A stretch of 63,003 bases of DNA, filler included, from Hausera hauseri (Eukaryota), in assembly GCA_046269625.1 (NCBI GenBank). It is 11 parts of 11 records of this genome, joined end to end, with 100 filler letters (N's around TTAATTAATTAA, not from the genome) between each part and the next. Parts side by side here need not be neighbours in the genome. Positions count along the whole stretch, not along the records: positions 47,064 to 51,707 come from JBJURY010491465.1; positions 51,808 to 56,896 come from JBJURY010339491.1; positions 56,997 to 63,003 come from JBJURY010154199.1; 8 more parts are not named here. One strand, given 5' to 3'. The position numbers and the translations under genes were made by a program. Under the pieces are notes generated by a model, which did no database searches, was not told the DNA's origin, and saw nothing but the letters and a program-made list of their open reading frames with translations. Shown piece after piece: positions 48,340-61,559 of this stretch; position 1 is the first letter of the stretch, and each line of letters begins with the position of its first letter.

Positions 48340-50567
48340 GGATTTTCAAATGAGCCATTCCTGTATAGGGGATTAAAAGCAGCATCAGTTTTATGAAGCG
48401 GTTGAAAGAATTAGTCCACAGCATTGAGGATATTAAACCGAAGAAAAGGATTATAACATCAATTGAAGAAGCCCAGTGGAAGAAAGCTCCGGTTTGTTTC
48501 TTATGTGTTAAAGCATTTACCACTGACAATCGCAAAGTTCGGGATCACTATCACAATCACTGGAAAATATTGTGGTCCAGCATGTAATTCATATAATCTC
48601 CGCTGTTGAACTGTCCAATTTAACCCCGTGATATATCACAGTTTAAGCGGATATGATTCACATTTTATTATCAGGGAACTGGGAAATGTGAATGGTGAAA
48701 TTGTCGTAATTTCACACAGTGAAGAAACATATATTACTTTCACTGTGCATTTTGGAAACATGCAGCTGGGTTTTATAGATAGCTTGAAATTTAGGATCAC
48801 AGCTTGGATCAACTTGTGAAAAATCTACCAGGAAGTGAACTAAACGAAACCAGAAGATATTTCCAGAATGATAAATTCCATCTAATTAAACGAAAAGGTA
48901 TTTTCGCTTTTGACTACATAATTTTATGAACAAATGGGATGAAACAAGCCTACCTCCAATGGAAAATTTTTACAAAAAATTTTCGGATTCGGAAATTAGC
49001 GATGAAGATTATACACATGCTCAAAATGTATGTAGCTCATTCAACTGTAAGATTCTGGGTGATTACAGTGATGTATACCTATTAACCAACGTGTTTCTTC
49101 TAGTTGGTGTTTTGAGAGCTTCCGAAATGTGACTATGGCAAGCCATAAAGTTGATCCTGCTTATTTTTTCACGGCTCCCGGAATGACATGGTCGGCAATG
49201 TTAAAATACGAGGAGCTCAGCCGCAAGTGTTGAAGGACTTTGATATGATATTAATGTTGGAGCGGGAATACGAGGAGGAATATGCCAAGTAGTCCATCGG
49301 TACGCTTTGTCCAATAACAAATATGAGTGACTATGATTCAACAAAACCATCATCATTTATCATGTACCTTGACGCAAATTATCTCTATACATGGGCGATG
49401 AGTTGCAGTTTGCACTATGGAAATTTTCAATGGGTTGATAATCCCAGTCAAATTAATATCATAAACATTCCACCAGATGCAGAAACAGGGTACATTTTAG
49501 AGATTGATATAGTTAACCCAATATCGCTATATGACGAACATGACCAACTACCATTCCTACCAGAATCCAAATTACCACCAAATGGAAAATTTAAAAAATT
49601 ACTGCGTCATTTGGGTAATCGGAAACGATGTGTCGGTCACTATGTTGCTTTACAGTATGCAATGAGAAATGGTGTACAAATTACAGAAATCCACAGAGCT
49701 TTGCAATTCAGTCAATCAAAGTGGCTTCAGCCGTACATTCAATTTAATACCGATCTGTGGACTGCTACGACTAATGGTTTTGAAAAGGATCAATTCAAAT
49801 TGTGTAATAATTCGGTCTTTGATAAGACCATGGAAAATATCCGCAATCATTAATGTATTGAATTGGTCAATGATTTGGAAGAGAGCAAAGAAATTAATTG
49901 CAAAGCTCCATTTCCTTTATAGTGACATTTACACAGAAAACCTGGTGACTATTTGCATGGCAAAAGCGGCACTCAAGTTCGACAAGCCAATATATGTGGG
50001 CATGAGCATTCGGACTTGTCAAATACACTCATGTATGATTTTCATTACAATGTAATGAAATCTCGATATCAGCAGCAGATTCAATTAATGTACATGAATA
50101 CAGATTCCTTTATCTACGGCATTCAGACGATTGATGTATTCATGGATTTTCTTGATTTGGATTCTTACTTGGACAATTCCGATTACCCAAAAATCCACAT
50201 CAATTATTTAACGGTAAGCAAGAAAGTATTGGGGAAATTCAAGGATGAGGCAGGTAGCAAAATAAAACACAAATTTGTTGGATTGAGACCTGAAATGTAC
50301 CCCATGGATGTAGACGGACATGTTAAAAAAGAGCAAAAGGTATACAGAGGACATCACTGGTTAAGTATATAACATATGAGGATTAAGTGGATTGTCTCAG
50401 AAATGAAACGGTGCTTTTGTCATCTATGAAATCCATCCGATCCCAACGTCATTTTATCACAACAGTTAACCAGTTCAAAAATCCCTCAACTCCTTTGATG
50501 ACAAGAGACTGATTTTGCATGATGGCATATGTACTCGAGCCCATGGACATTACGATTCTCATTATGA
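48340..50567 (+). pseudogene. polB: Polinton/Maverick protein-primed PolB, decayed
   Basis: KVRDHYH, HSLSGYDSHFI, YLDANYLY, KLCNNSVFDKTMENIR, YMNTDSF and SFDDKR...AHGHY motifs. Confidence 0.93.
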
Positions 50568-51129
50568 ACAGATCTATGAATAATGATTGTACAAAAACAT
50601 GAATTCAGACTTGTATTATACTCTATGAACAGATTTTTTTGTTCCCTAATGAATTTAGTTTTTTGTTTTGCTTCTATAACTTTTATATACGCAGGTTTTT
50701 ATGAGTCATACTTTTTAAATAGAATTCGATTTTTCATGTTATCTTCTTTTATCTCTCCATTGGCGTTATTTTGACTTCATTGACAAACATCTCATCAATA
50801 CATTATGAAAAATTAACAACTATTAACAGCATCATATTTATCTAACCCTGATTCCAACTAATAAAACATACTAAATTTATGTAATAAATTTTGATGTAGT
50901 TCAATGTTTGTGAGACAAATTTTTAATCGGCATAATTTTTGTCGCCCTTTCTCACTTAAGAAAACGAATATTGTCACAAATGTCACCAAACAGTTTAATC
51001 GACTTTTTATCATTATGTGATCATTAGTTTGTGGATTTGAAATCAAAATAATGTAAGTTGGAATGTCACTGTTATTATTAATTTTGGTCGATTTTACCCT
51101 TCGTAATTTTTAAAATTAATACAATGATA

Positions 51130-51350
51130 TATAAAGCACCCTCTTGTATGGGAAGGCACCGATCCGTACTTACGTGATTCACGAAAGATCGCAAACTTGT
51201 ACTTATTATAGCATCACGTGACTAATCACTTGTGTCACGTGACTAATTATGTGCTTCACGTGACGCGTAGGCGTACCACGTGACTGTCACGTGAAGCGCG
51301 CATGGACCCGTTTGCCCCTTTGGTCCAGACCCTTCCTTTTTTATCCTACT
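51130..51350. repeat. Putative Polinton right TIR with an array of CACGTG E-boxes, ending CTACT
   Basis: Five CACGTGA motifs within 51214-51294 and a TTTTATCCTACT terminus downstream of polB. Confidence 0.65.
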
Positions 51351-51840
51351 CACATGACAGAAATGAAAATCAATAATGATAATTAAAACAAATCAAATTG
51401 TACTATATATATTCTCTAAATATAATAATAAAATAAACTACCCAAATGACCTTGATCATTTTACAACCCCTAGTTCTTAATACAGTGTGTTACCTCCTTT
51501 AACATCAATGGCAGCTTGAAATCATTAATGGTAGTGAAATTAAATTTTCAGTGGGAAGGTCTGTCAGGAGCTCAGAATCTTGCTTACATTTATTGCTTAC
51601 TTACACTAATGAAACAGAAAATAGATCAGATGTGGTGATGGTTACTTTTAGTAACATTGAAGCACACGTGTTTCAACTTGTGTGTATGTAATCAGGCCAA
51701 AACCTAANNNNNNNNNNNNNNNNNNNNNNNNNNNNNNNNNNNNNNNNNNNNTTAATTAATTAANNNNNNNNNNNNNNNNNNNNNNNNNNNNNNNNNNNNN
51801 NNNNNNNTCACATTTAATATTAGATCGAATTGTTGTTATA

Positions 51841-51959
51841 ATGGAGAAGATATGGTACGAGCCAGAAGACCCAGCTGGTTTCGGTAATCAAAGCTCTTAT
51901 TTGAAGGGGTAATGCATTTAACAAATAGCGACGAAGAAATTCTGGATTATGCTCAGATT
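51841..51959 (+). pseudogene. Polinton integrase N-terminus, truncated by Gypsy sequence
   Basis: MEKIWYEPEDPAGFG resembles the YYDPxxPxxFGG start of Polinton rve integrases; the match is short. Confidence 0.55.
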
Positions 51960-52470
51960 TTACGCCAAAGGTATTGAAATTAGACAAAGATGTGAGCAAG
52001 AATTCAGAAGGCTTCTGTAGCCCATGGCGTTGTCGTTGAAGAATCTTTGAATGAATGAATGGATTGACGGCTCAGTAAGCTTGAGAACAGCATTATAAAG
52101 TTGAGTATATGGGTCGGTGTGATGAAGAATATCGATGATATTGATAGTTTTAGTTTTAATGGAGGCTGGTAAATGATAAAAGAGACTGTTGGCTTTGGAT
52201 AAAGAGTCGACGACGCCTTGTGATTGGAGGCAGAATTGATGCAGTTTTAGCCAAGTTTGAGTATAGTTTTGGCTGTCGAGGAAGTATTCGGTACAGGGTG
52301 AATGAGTGAGGAGTGTGTGTTTCACGCACCTTGTTTGGGTCAGTGAATGATAAGGATTTGTGGTTTGGTGAGTTTGTACGTAGTATTAATTGTGGGTGAT
52401 GAATCTATGCCACCACGGATACAGAAGTGAATGTGAAGGCAGACACAAGTTGTTGACGGTTGGAGGAGTT
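51960..52470 (-). mobile_element. Gypsy gag N-terminus (end of UBL plus DUF7041-like capsid), inverted relative to pol
   Basis: CLHIHFCIRGG, then TWL...KANSLFYHLP...DPYTQLYNAVLKLTEPS...MGYRS, similar to CsRn1-type Gag. Confidence 0.7.
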
Positions 52471-52474
52471 CAGC

Positions 52475-55400
52475 AAAGGCAACAACCTGCAAAAAGACAG
52501 CCGACACATTTCTTCTGCTGTATTCACATTGGAAGCAGCAGTCGTCACTACAACAAAGCAAAACATTAACTTTCTTATAGACACCGGCGCAGCAGTCTCT
52601 CTACTACCACAAACACAACACATCCAAAACCATTTCATTTCAAAAAAGCAAATGTTCACGTCCGGTGAACCTTTACGAATTTTTGGCGTTACCAAACTAA
52701 CGTTCAATCTTCCACACTTTTCAAACACATTCACATGGAAATTTACACTAGCCAATGTACGCACACTTATACTGGGTTCAGACTTTCTGTCCCACTACAA
52801 TTTACTTGTAGATTGAAAACGATGTTCCTTAAAGTGCAGAAATAATCTTAATCAAATTATCAGCATTTCGGACATTACCCGGGCGATCGCTTCCAACGAG
52901 TCAATACTGAAGCAAACGACTTCCGATTTAAATTATTTTTATAATCATACATTATACAGAGGTTTTTAATACGGTGACAAATACGAGATTTCCAACTGCG
53001 TGGCACCTATTACTAATAGCACAGCTGCCAACACCATCTCCAACACGAACATTCTTCACCCAATACTACCCAGTCGCAACATTTCGTCTATAACTCATAC
53101 CTCAACTGCATCCAGTCACGATGCATCGACACCATCTGATAACTTTTAATAGTTGCCTTCTGATCTACAGAAATACATTTCGTCTTCCTGCATGAGTATG
53201 CTGCAGAAGGACAAAGCATTCGTACCACCTAGATCCACATTTCATCACATAGTAACAGCACATCAAAGAACAATACGTCAAAGGATCCGTCCGCTATCGC
53301 CTCGTCGCAGACAGGCAGTGGAGGCTAAGTTCCGCGAACTGGAAAGATCAGGAATAATCAGAAGATCCAAATTGCCATGGTCTTTACCACTGCATGTGGT
53401 TCCAAAGAAAGATGGTACATTTTGCCCATGCGGTGATTACTGCCAACTCAACACCATAACAACAATGGATGCTTACCCTCTACAATTAATCAACGATATC
53501 TTTCACAGGCGCCATGGTTCGACCATTTTTTCCTGCATTGATTTGCACAAAGCATACCACCAAATTCCTGTGGCCCCAGCAGACATTCCGAAAACGGCTG
53601 TCATTACAGCTTTCGGCCTTTACGAGTACCTTTTCATGCGCTTTGGACTCCGTAGCGCTTCCCAGACCTTCCAAAGGATATCACTACAGCCATATAAGGC
53701 TTAGACTTTGCTTATCCCTATATTGATGATAACCTAAATGCCTCATCTTCCACGAAACAACACTCCAAACACTTTCGTCTAATTTTCCACCGCTTGCACC
53801 AAAACAGTTTGCAAATTAATTTCGCCAAATGCTCTTTTTTAACATAAGGTCAACTTCCTAGGACATGTTATTAGCTCCTCCGAACATTCACCTCAGCCAG
53901 ACCGCATCACACAGCTCAAAAACATACAACTACCACGTACATCAACAGAGATGTATTCTTTCCTCAGAACCCTGCACTTTATTCATAAGTATGTTTCACA
54001 CTGCTCCACCCTAACCGCTCCATTTGCTTCACTAAGCTCTGGCAAGAAAAAACAGCCTATTCAATGCACCGCCAAACTAGTCAACGCTTTCGATCACCTT
54101 AAAGATAATTTAAAAACCGTAGAAATCCTGGCCTATCCCGACTCCCATGCATAACTCTTCTTAACCACGGACGCATTCACAACAGCTGCAGGTGCTGTCC
54201 TTCATCAAGTAAAAATGGATCCCATAAGGCACTAGAATTCTTCTCTCGAAAATTCACAGCACAAGAGCAAAGATATTCCACCTTTGACCGAGAGTTGCTT
54301 GCAATGGTCTTTGCCGTAAAACACTAAGCATTTTTTAACCGCACGATCCTTTACAATCCAAATTGACCACAAGCCCTTGCTTCAAATTCTCACCCTGAAA
54401 TCGCCTTCTCCACGTCAGGAGAGGCAAATATTGTATTTGTCCACATTTAATTTTGTAATTAAGCACCTAAATGGAGTTGACAATTTAGCAGCTGACTTCT
54501 TGTCCCGATTGGTCAGCTCGATTGATTTTACACTAATTTTTCCTCAATCCAAACTTCAGCAAAACCAGCCACCTCCTGACGTCCTTAAATCTTTTAAATC
54601 TTGAAAAACCATCGACGGTGTGGCCTTTGACACCTCCAAACCTAATAATCCAAAAATCATACTTTTTGAGTCGCTTCAAAAGGAAGCGTTCCACAGCGTA
54701 CATTCGTTGCATCATCCTGGTGCCAAGGCCACTTGCCGCCTCTTACAATGCCAAGTAGTATTGCTCTCGATGCTCTCTGACCTGCAGGCATGGGATAAGC
54801 AGTGTGTGGCATGCCAAAAATACAAAGTTACTAAACACCTAAAGCCACCACTATTTCATTTTCCCTGCACGTCTCGTTTCGAATTTGTCCACATTGACCT
54901 TGTAGGCCCATTACCCTTAAACAACGGTCATCAGTTCATCCTCACAATGATGGACCGTTCCTCGCGATGGCCAGAGGCCATCCCGCTTCGGAGCACCAGC
55001 ACAAAAACAATCGCAGACGTTTTCATCCGAACTTGGATCAGAGGTTTCGATCACCTCGCCACATCATTTTAGACTAAGTCCACAGTTCGAATCCAACCTG
55101 TTTAAAGCTCTTGTCAGTCGATTGGGAATTAACCACATTCACACGTTTCAATATCATCCTCAATCGAATGGCCTTCTCGAACGCTTTCACCGAACGATGA
55201 AAACATCTCTTAAAATCCTTGATGAGTCCAATCGCAGTTGGACCACATTCCTTCCGTACGTTCTGCTTGGCTTGGGGAACATACCATCTATTTATACAGG
55301 CTGTTCACCTGCAGAAGCATTATTTGGCACATCTATCAGATCATTATTCGATCTAGCTGAGCTGGACAATATTCCTACAGACGAAACCATACAAGCACCA

Positions 55401-56642
55401 CAGTGATACTTCGTTGCAATCAGCAAATACTCATTTTGTAGACTATTACACAGAAATAAACCTCACATACCCTACAATTTATATATTGCCAAGTTCGTCT
55501 GGCTAAANNNNNNNNNNACAACATCATCATTCTCAAAGATGACAAAGAAGTAACAGTCCACATCAACAACACTAAACCGGCTTTCTTCATTGGCAACACG
55601 TCTCCCATCGAAACCACTTCTCCACCAACATCTTTACACGACGTGCAGCAATACAACAATTCAGCTACCATCTCTGCTCAATTTCTTAACCCACTTTTAC
55701 CACGTTTTCTCCCAAGACTTCTAATTTAATTTTTCTGACAGTTCAGCCTCTTTTTTCCCATCCCATTTTGCACCTTCAAGCCCTCTAACACCTCCTCCAT
55801 CCCCGTGTGACAATTTGCTTTCTCCTTTTACAACACCTCCTCCGCCAGACATCTCTTCCACTTCAGCAATCTCTCCAACATCTTGCTCTCTTTCGTTTTG
55901 TATCTCTTCGCCATCTTCTCTCTCTCTTTCTCCTTCCACGCATTCCTCTTCTTCGGCGCTTTCTTTCTTCTTTTCTCTTCACACGTCGACTTTTACCCCT
56001 TTCATTTCCACTTCGCAACTTCCGCCTCTCTCTACTTCTATCCCATCTCTTTTCCTCTCTCTACAACTACCTCTGTTTCATCTTCCACTTCCACTCTTTC
56101 ACCTTATACAATTTCAAATTTTACTCCACTACTCATCTCTCTTCTTTCACCCTCCACTACACCTTTCATCATTCCTTCGTCTTCTAACACTCCCTTGGAT
56201 ACCTTTAACCATCCGTCGTCAACAAGCTCTCTTCTTCCTTCACCTTTTTCTTCTCTTCATTCTGACTCGTCTTTGTACGACGCAACACTCACAACAAAAT
56301 CCAACAATTTTTTTCTCCAACTTCAAAGTCTGAAAGCAAACACATGACATAAATACAAAACACGCAGAGTCACATTCAGCAAGTATATCAGGGAAAAATC
56401 AGTAGAAGGCACCCAAAGTCTTGTCCACACTAAGATCAACTGACATATATAATGTTTTGTTTAGAGCTTGTCTCTTTCCAACTATTTTCGTCTTCATAAT
56501 TTTCACTTTGCCACAGAAGGGGTGATGTGGTGCCCACAGCGGCCGGTGCCCTTTCGCCCATTTGCTTGGGCACAGCCGGGCCTCCGTTGCCACCGCGTCG
56601 GGCCCATAGTCGGGACCGATCTCCCGCCTCGAGATCACCACG
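52475..56642 (+). mobile_element. Ty3/Gypsy (CsRn1-like) element, decayed: PR-RT-RH-IN, S/T-rich tail, PPT, 3' LTR 56526-56642
   Basis: FLIDTGA, PWSLPLHVVPKKDG, YIDD, RFEFVHIDLVGPLP and YHPQSNGLLERFHR motifs; PPT AGAAGGGGTGA followed by TGTGGTG. Confidence 0.94.
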
Positions 56643-56996
56643 AGATAGCCGTGTTAGTTCTCACTCAAGTAACACAGATCTATCGACATACGATTATTCT
56701 ACTCAACTTATTGAATTCAATCGAACTCAAATTAGTCCTGGTTTTCTCAATCAAAGGATTTCATCTTCATCGTCTCAAAAAGAAGGTGATGAAGTTATGG
56801 ACAGCTCTATTCCACCTATAACTGAAGATACAGACTCACTATTTGACAATTCAATACTTCCTATTCCATCAGTTATGACGTCTAGTAAAGACAGCGNNNN
56901 NNNNNNNNNNNNNNNNNNNNNNNNNNNNNNNNNNNNNNNNTTAATTAATTAANNNNNNNNNNNNNNNNNNNNNNNNNNNNNNNNNNNNNNNNNNNN

Positions 56997-57681
56997 GAAT
57001 ACTGGAAAAGATGGAGGAAGGAACTGTTGATAAATTGGAGGACAAAGGAAAAATGGCAAAATGGGAAAACTGATATCAACCTTGGGGATAAAGTTTGGGT
57101 ATTGGAGACAACAGAAAGAAGAAACAGGTGGCCAATAGCAGAAGTGACTCAAATATTCCCCGGACGGGATGGGGTCGTCCGAGTCGTTGAAATCTCACAG
57201 AATGGTGAGACCTATCGGCGATTCATCAACAAAATCTGTAAATTGGAGAGTGAGTCGAATGAATGGAACAACATAAGGATGGAAAACATTGGTGAAGAGA
57301 CATCCATGGACCGGATTGCCCAAAGGAGGGGGGAAATGTTAAAACCAGATCGACTGGTTGGGGAATCCAGTCAAACTTCAAAGGGAGACACGTAAGGGTT
57401 GTATATAAAATTGTATATAATAAAACTATATATACTGTATATATGTGTGTATGTATGCGTATAAATGTTTGTGTTCATGTCAGTTGTACTGTGCATGAAA
57501 AGTTGTACAAACTAAGGGTTGTTAAAGGTTAAAATGGATGAATGAGTATGCGTGACATAAAATAGAGTGCAAATAATAATTGAATGATCTCTGGCAGGGT
57601 TCGGGGAACTGGGAAACCAGGAACGGCCATAGAAAACTGTTGTTTATATAACTACTTGAGAATAGATGGAGAATTCTAACA
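56997..57681 (+). mobile_element. BEL/Pao LTR retrotransposon 3' end: DUF5641, PPT and LTR ~57337-57681
   Basis: KW...INLGDKVWV...WPIAEVTQIFPGRDGVVRVVEI; purine tract AAAGGAGGGGGGAAA followed by TGTT...AACA. Confidence 0.85.
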
Positions 57682-57825
57682 ATCAAACTTATTCTTCGCA
57701 TTAGAAATTCTGAAGTCAAAAGAAAACCTGATCAAAAAGTGAAAGAAAAATTATAATTCAGAGATACTCACAAACATAATGACGATTAAGAATATTAACC
57801 CTAAATCCAGCCAAGAAGAGATTAC

Positions 57826-57999
57826 ACTAAAGTCTTGATTCAAGAAATGGTTCGTCAAATTCTCCATACAAGTTTTCATAAAGAAAAAGCAAAAATTTTA
57901 ATTATCTAGCTGACTAAAGTTTTGATTCAAGAAATGGTTCGTCAAATTTTCCATACAAATTTTCATAAAGAAAAAGCAAAATTTTTCATTATCTAGCTG
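57826..57999. repeat. 87-bp tandem duplication
   Basis: ACTAAAGT...ATCTAGCTG at 57826 and 57913. Confidence 0.9.
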
Positions 58000-58189
58000 A
58001 TGACTTTGACATTAATTATAAATAAGCCAAAAGTGAATTTAGCCATTATGAGGCTGATTCTAGAAAAGTAATTAATGAAAATGTATTGAATTTGCATATC
58101 TATTTTATAGCAATAGCTATAGACAATTCATTGAAAATATTGGGCTGAAATTTAAATTAAAATTTAAAAGTTACAATTATGACAATATA

Positions 58190-59383
58190 ATGACAATTTT
58201 TATGCAGACAAGTGATTTCAAAACCATACCAAAATTCAAGGATCCACAAAACCCAAGACATTTTGATGATATTATTTATTCGTTTCATGAAAAACGAACT
58301 CAGATGAAGACGATAATATCCTATCTTCCTATTTTAAATGTATGGACATCTCCAGAAGTGAGATATTGTGTATTCCGAAGGAAGGAAAATTTGGGGTTAA
58401 ATGATAATTTATTCACCAAAGATATTGAAATGAGACTGGTGACTGTAAATAATGATGTGCTTGACAAAATTGAAAAGGTATTCATTGAAATTGCGAAAAA
58501 GAATGTTTATGAGAAGTTTATCGTGGACAAACATTATTTTCGCACAAACTGTTTAATCCTTCGTTTTCACAGTTCACTACATCTGCAAAATGATTACTTC
58601 GAATCGACTAAACGACGTTTGCAGTTTAATTCATACTGGAAACCAACTCAAAGATTTCTTTGTCTCAACCAAGTATGTAGCTGTCCGTTTCCTTTTTGTC
58701 TTCTCAACGATTCTAATTCACTGTACATATATGATTATTATGATGAAGAAAGAAGTCACATATATAACAGTGCTAGAAGTGATGATTGGCAAACAAAGAA
58801 AAGAATAAATTGTTATGATCCGGAAATTGCAAGATTGTGGGAAAGTAAAGACGATTTGCAAAGGGAAATTGAAAAGTTAAAGAGTGAAACGGAAAGATTA
58901 ATGTCGATCATAGAGAGAACTTCTCGAGAAGCGACTGCAAAAAGATCAACTGTTCGTCAATTGAAAATATATCTTGAAATTCGACAAGAAACTTTAAACT
59001 CTATAGTCGCTGAAAGACAGAAATGGATTTCCACTGATGCTTTTACATTCGTCGAAGGACTCTTAATCGAAACCGAGAATTCCAAGGTATTTGTGTGTCG
59101 TATTAATAACATTGTTCTGTGTTACCGTTATTTTCCTTGTGTTATGAGCCCTGCCAGATGTTGTGTGCGTAAATGCATGTTTGCAAAAATTCGTATGAAT
59201 GTTTATGATCAATTTAATGGTAGAGAGATTTCCCCGGAGAGCAGCCCTCTGATATCAATGGCTGCGAAAATGACCAAAAGAACTAATTCGAAGGGAATAT
59301 TATATGCCTATATTTCTGATAAGGGAGGTTGGGAACATATGGGGTTATATATACTAAAAGAACGAAATCCAGAGATAAATTAA
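58190..59383 (+). CDS. Hypothetical 397-aa protein with a central coiled coil, possibly a Polinton accessory gene
   Basis: A long intact ORF in AT-rich DNA on the contig that carries the TBP-like gene and packaging ATPase; no family recognised. Confidence 0.65.
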   Translation: MTIFMQTSDFKTIPKFKDPQNPRHFDDIIYSFHEKRTQMKTIISYLPILNVWTSPEVRYCVFRRKENLGLNDNLFTKDIEMRLVTVNNDVLDKIEKVFIEIAKKNVYEKFIVDKHYFRTNCLILRFHSSLHLQNDYFESTKRRLQFNSYWKPTQRFLCLNQVCSCPFPFCLLNDSNSLYIYDYYDEERSHIYNSARSDDWQTKKRINCYDPEIARLWESKDDLQREIEKLKSETERLMSIIERTSREATAKRSTVRQLKIYLEIRQETLNSIVAERQKWISTDAFTFVEGLLIETENSKVFVCRINNIVLCYRYFPCVMSPARCCVRKCMFAKIRMNVYDQFNGREISPESSPLISMAAKMTKRTNSKGILYAYISDKGGWEHMGLYILKERNPEIN

Positions 59384-59865
59384 GGGTGTTCAAGGTAACA
59401 AGGGATGCACGGAGTCACAAGGTGCGCATAAACAAACGTGCTGATCAAGTGGGGAATAAGAGGAAAGGTTTCCCGATAAAAGATAAAAAAAAATTTATTA
59501 AAAGGAAATTAAATGGGCCCAGGAGAAAATTAAAAAGGTTTATGTTGGGAAACGAGTTAACGGTCGGTATGACCACTTATTTAAAAGAAGAATTAAACAG
59601 TTTATTATGTGGTTACGATTTAAATCTTCCATTTTATGGTAGCAGAGCGTGGTTAGTGCTCTGCACCATGTTGGGGGTCAAATTAACAATTAAACTCATT
59701 TATATATCTATTTTAAACTTTCCATGCTGAATTGTTCAAAGAATGTTGCGTAAATGGTCAACACTGTGAATGTGGCGATGATGAAATTGAAATCAATATT
59801 ATCGAGGAAAAAGAAGAGAGTGATATTCAGGATTGATCATGTAGAGGTGGTATAATGACAGATTG

Positions 59866-60333
59866 TTATTGTTGTGTTAATAAAGTTGTTGTATACGCAC
59901 ATGTTGCTTTTTGAAAAAGACAAATCGATAAAAAACTAACAAAATCACTATAATTCACATCCTTTAAACCAATTATAACAATTTTCCCCGTATGAAAGAC
60001 ATTTGCACATAGGGGATTATAGCAAGTTAATCTTAGTGCAGGAAATAATTCTAGTTCATTGAGACTGAGGATATTCCTCGCCAATGTGTTGAGATCTATG
60101 GGTTCACAAAAATGCATGTCACTGTAATTGACTGTATACTCACAACTGAAATATTGTAGGGTAAACTGCATGGATCAGTGGTCTTTTTACATCCAGTTTT
60201 TGACATTTTGCATTGGAAATGAATATAATGATATATTATGGGTGTCGTAAAACACACTGTTTAGTCTACATCCGATTTTGAATTTATCCTATGAAACTGT
60301 AGTGAAACCTTTGTAATTAATGTTGCTCAACAT
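59866..60333 (-). pseudogene. Second TBP-like gene, decayed
   Basis: MLSNINYK...KQCV...IDLNTLA...ELELFPALRL...NPLCANVFHTGKIVIIG, collinear with the 41583-42310 copy. Confidence 0.82.
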
Positions 60334-60661
60334 GTTTGTAAAAAATGATTGGTGAGGTATTGGTTTGTGTATTTTTTTCAACTGACTTGATTAGTTCATT
60401 CAGATTGGTCAAATCTGATTGGTTCATTCAAATTGGAAAAATCTGACTGGCTGATACAGGACAGGTCGCATTGGCATTATTATACTTTCAATTATTTCAA
60501 AAATCCTTTCGGAGAATGATGAGTTTTATTCTGCTGTCCTTAATTACATCTACTTTTAGAATTGCTACATTGAAAATACTGATGTTTTACTTGGTCGAGC
60601 GATTGATGAGATGCTAGGCTTTCCAAACTGTAAGACAAATACTGAATAGCTGTTCGATTAC

Positions 60662-61192
60662 ATGAGAAAGCTGAAAGAGCAATTGGATATTACATATTCT
60701 TATGGGGCTGCTGGCGTCAGAATTGTAGGTGTGAAGCCCACGATATTTCATCAATTGTTCAAATGTCAAGAGTTGAAGATTGCTCAAATGAAGATGACAC
60801 AAATGAAAGCTCCAAGAAACTATATGGGATACCAGATGAGTTTCCTAAAATGTCAGAGAACAATTGAACTACAGGATCCAGAACCTATCCGACAGACTCA
60901 TTTTGGATACTATGTTAAAGACATTACGGATATTAACTACAACAAACTGGCTGCAGAATTACAGGCACTTGGAATAAGCCCTGATAAGTTAAATCATGAG
61001 AGACAGCATTATTTTCGGTCAGACGCAGTAAAATTCAAAGATTTTATGGGCTGTGATATACCATCAATGAATATATCCCAATACATAATGGCATACATTA
61101 AAGTATATGTCAAAGAATTAAAAGAAAAGGATGAGGAAAGTCGACACATGTGGAAAATTGTTGAAATTAAGTGTTGTTATATGTTGTGTTAA
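60662..61192 (+). CDS. Hypothetical protein, probably a Polinton accessory gene
   Basis: 176-aa ORF between the TBP-like gene and the ATPase; no family recognised. Confidence 0.45.
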   Translation: MRKLKEQLDITYSYGAAGVRIVGVKPTIFHQLFKCQELKIAQMKMTQMKAPRNYMGYQMSFLKCQRTIELQDPEPIRQTHFGYYVKDITDINYNKLAAELQALGISPDKLNHERQHYFRSDAVKFKDFMGCDIPSMNISQYIMAYIKVYVKELKEKDEESRHMWKIVEIKCCYMLC

Positions 61193-61256
61193 TAAATCTC
61201 GTTATTGTTAATCTTCACTTTTTGATAAACAAACGTTATATACATAGTTTTAAAAA

Positions 61257-61454
61257 ATGAACTTAGAAGCTGAAATTAAACGACTTACAAATGAGATATG
61301 TAATGGGAACATTGATTGTATTCAATTCCTGAAAGCATTAGAACGGTATCAGCCTTTAACAAAAGAAGACTATATAGAAGTTGTAGTCCGAACAATATGT
61401 ATGACAAACATTATACAAAAATTTAAGATAGAGAAATGTATTGCTTGTATGTAG
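61257..61454 (+). CDS. Small Cys-containing hypothetical protein
   Basis: 65-aa ATG-initiated ORF within the Polinton gene cluster. Confidence 0.35.
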   Translation: MNLEAEIKRLTNEICNGNIDCIQFLKALERYQPLTKEDYIEVVVRTICMTNIIQKFKIEKCIACM

Positions 61455-61559
61455 TATTCTCACAGGTGCATTTGTATTATTTTTATAACGTGTTGTACGT
61501 TATTAAATGTTTGTTGTTATAAACAAAATTGATATACACACACGTAATTAATAAAGGAG

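Noticed and set aside
55807-56347. Hydrophobic Leu/Phe-rich ORFs as an env gene (also 21388-21918)
   Set aside because: They are alternate frames of a pyrimidine-rich low-complexity tail, with no signal peptide, furin site or Cys pattern.
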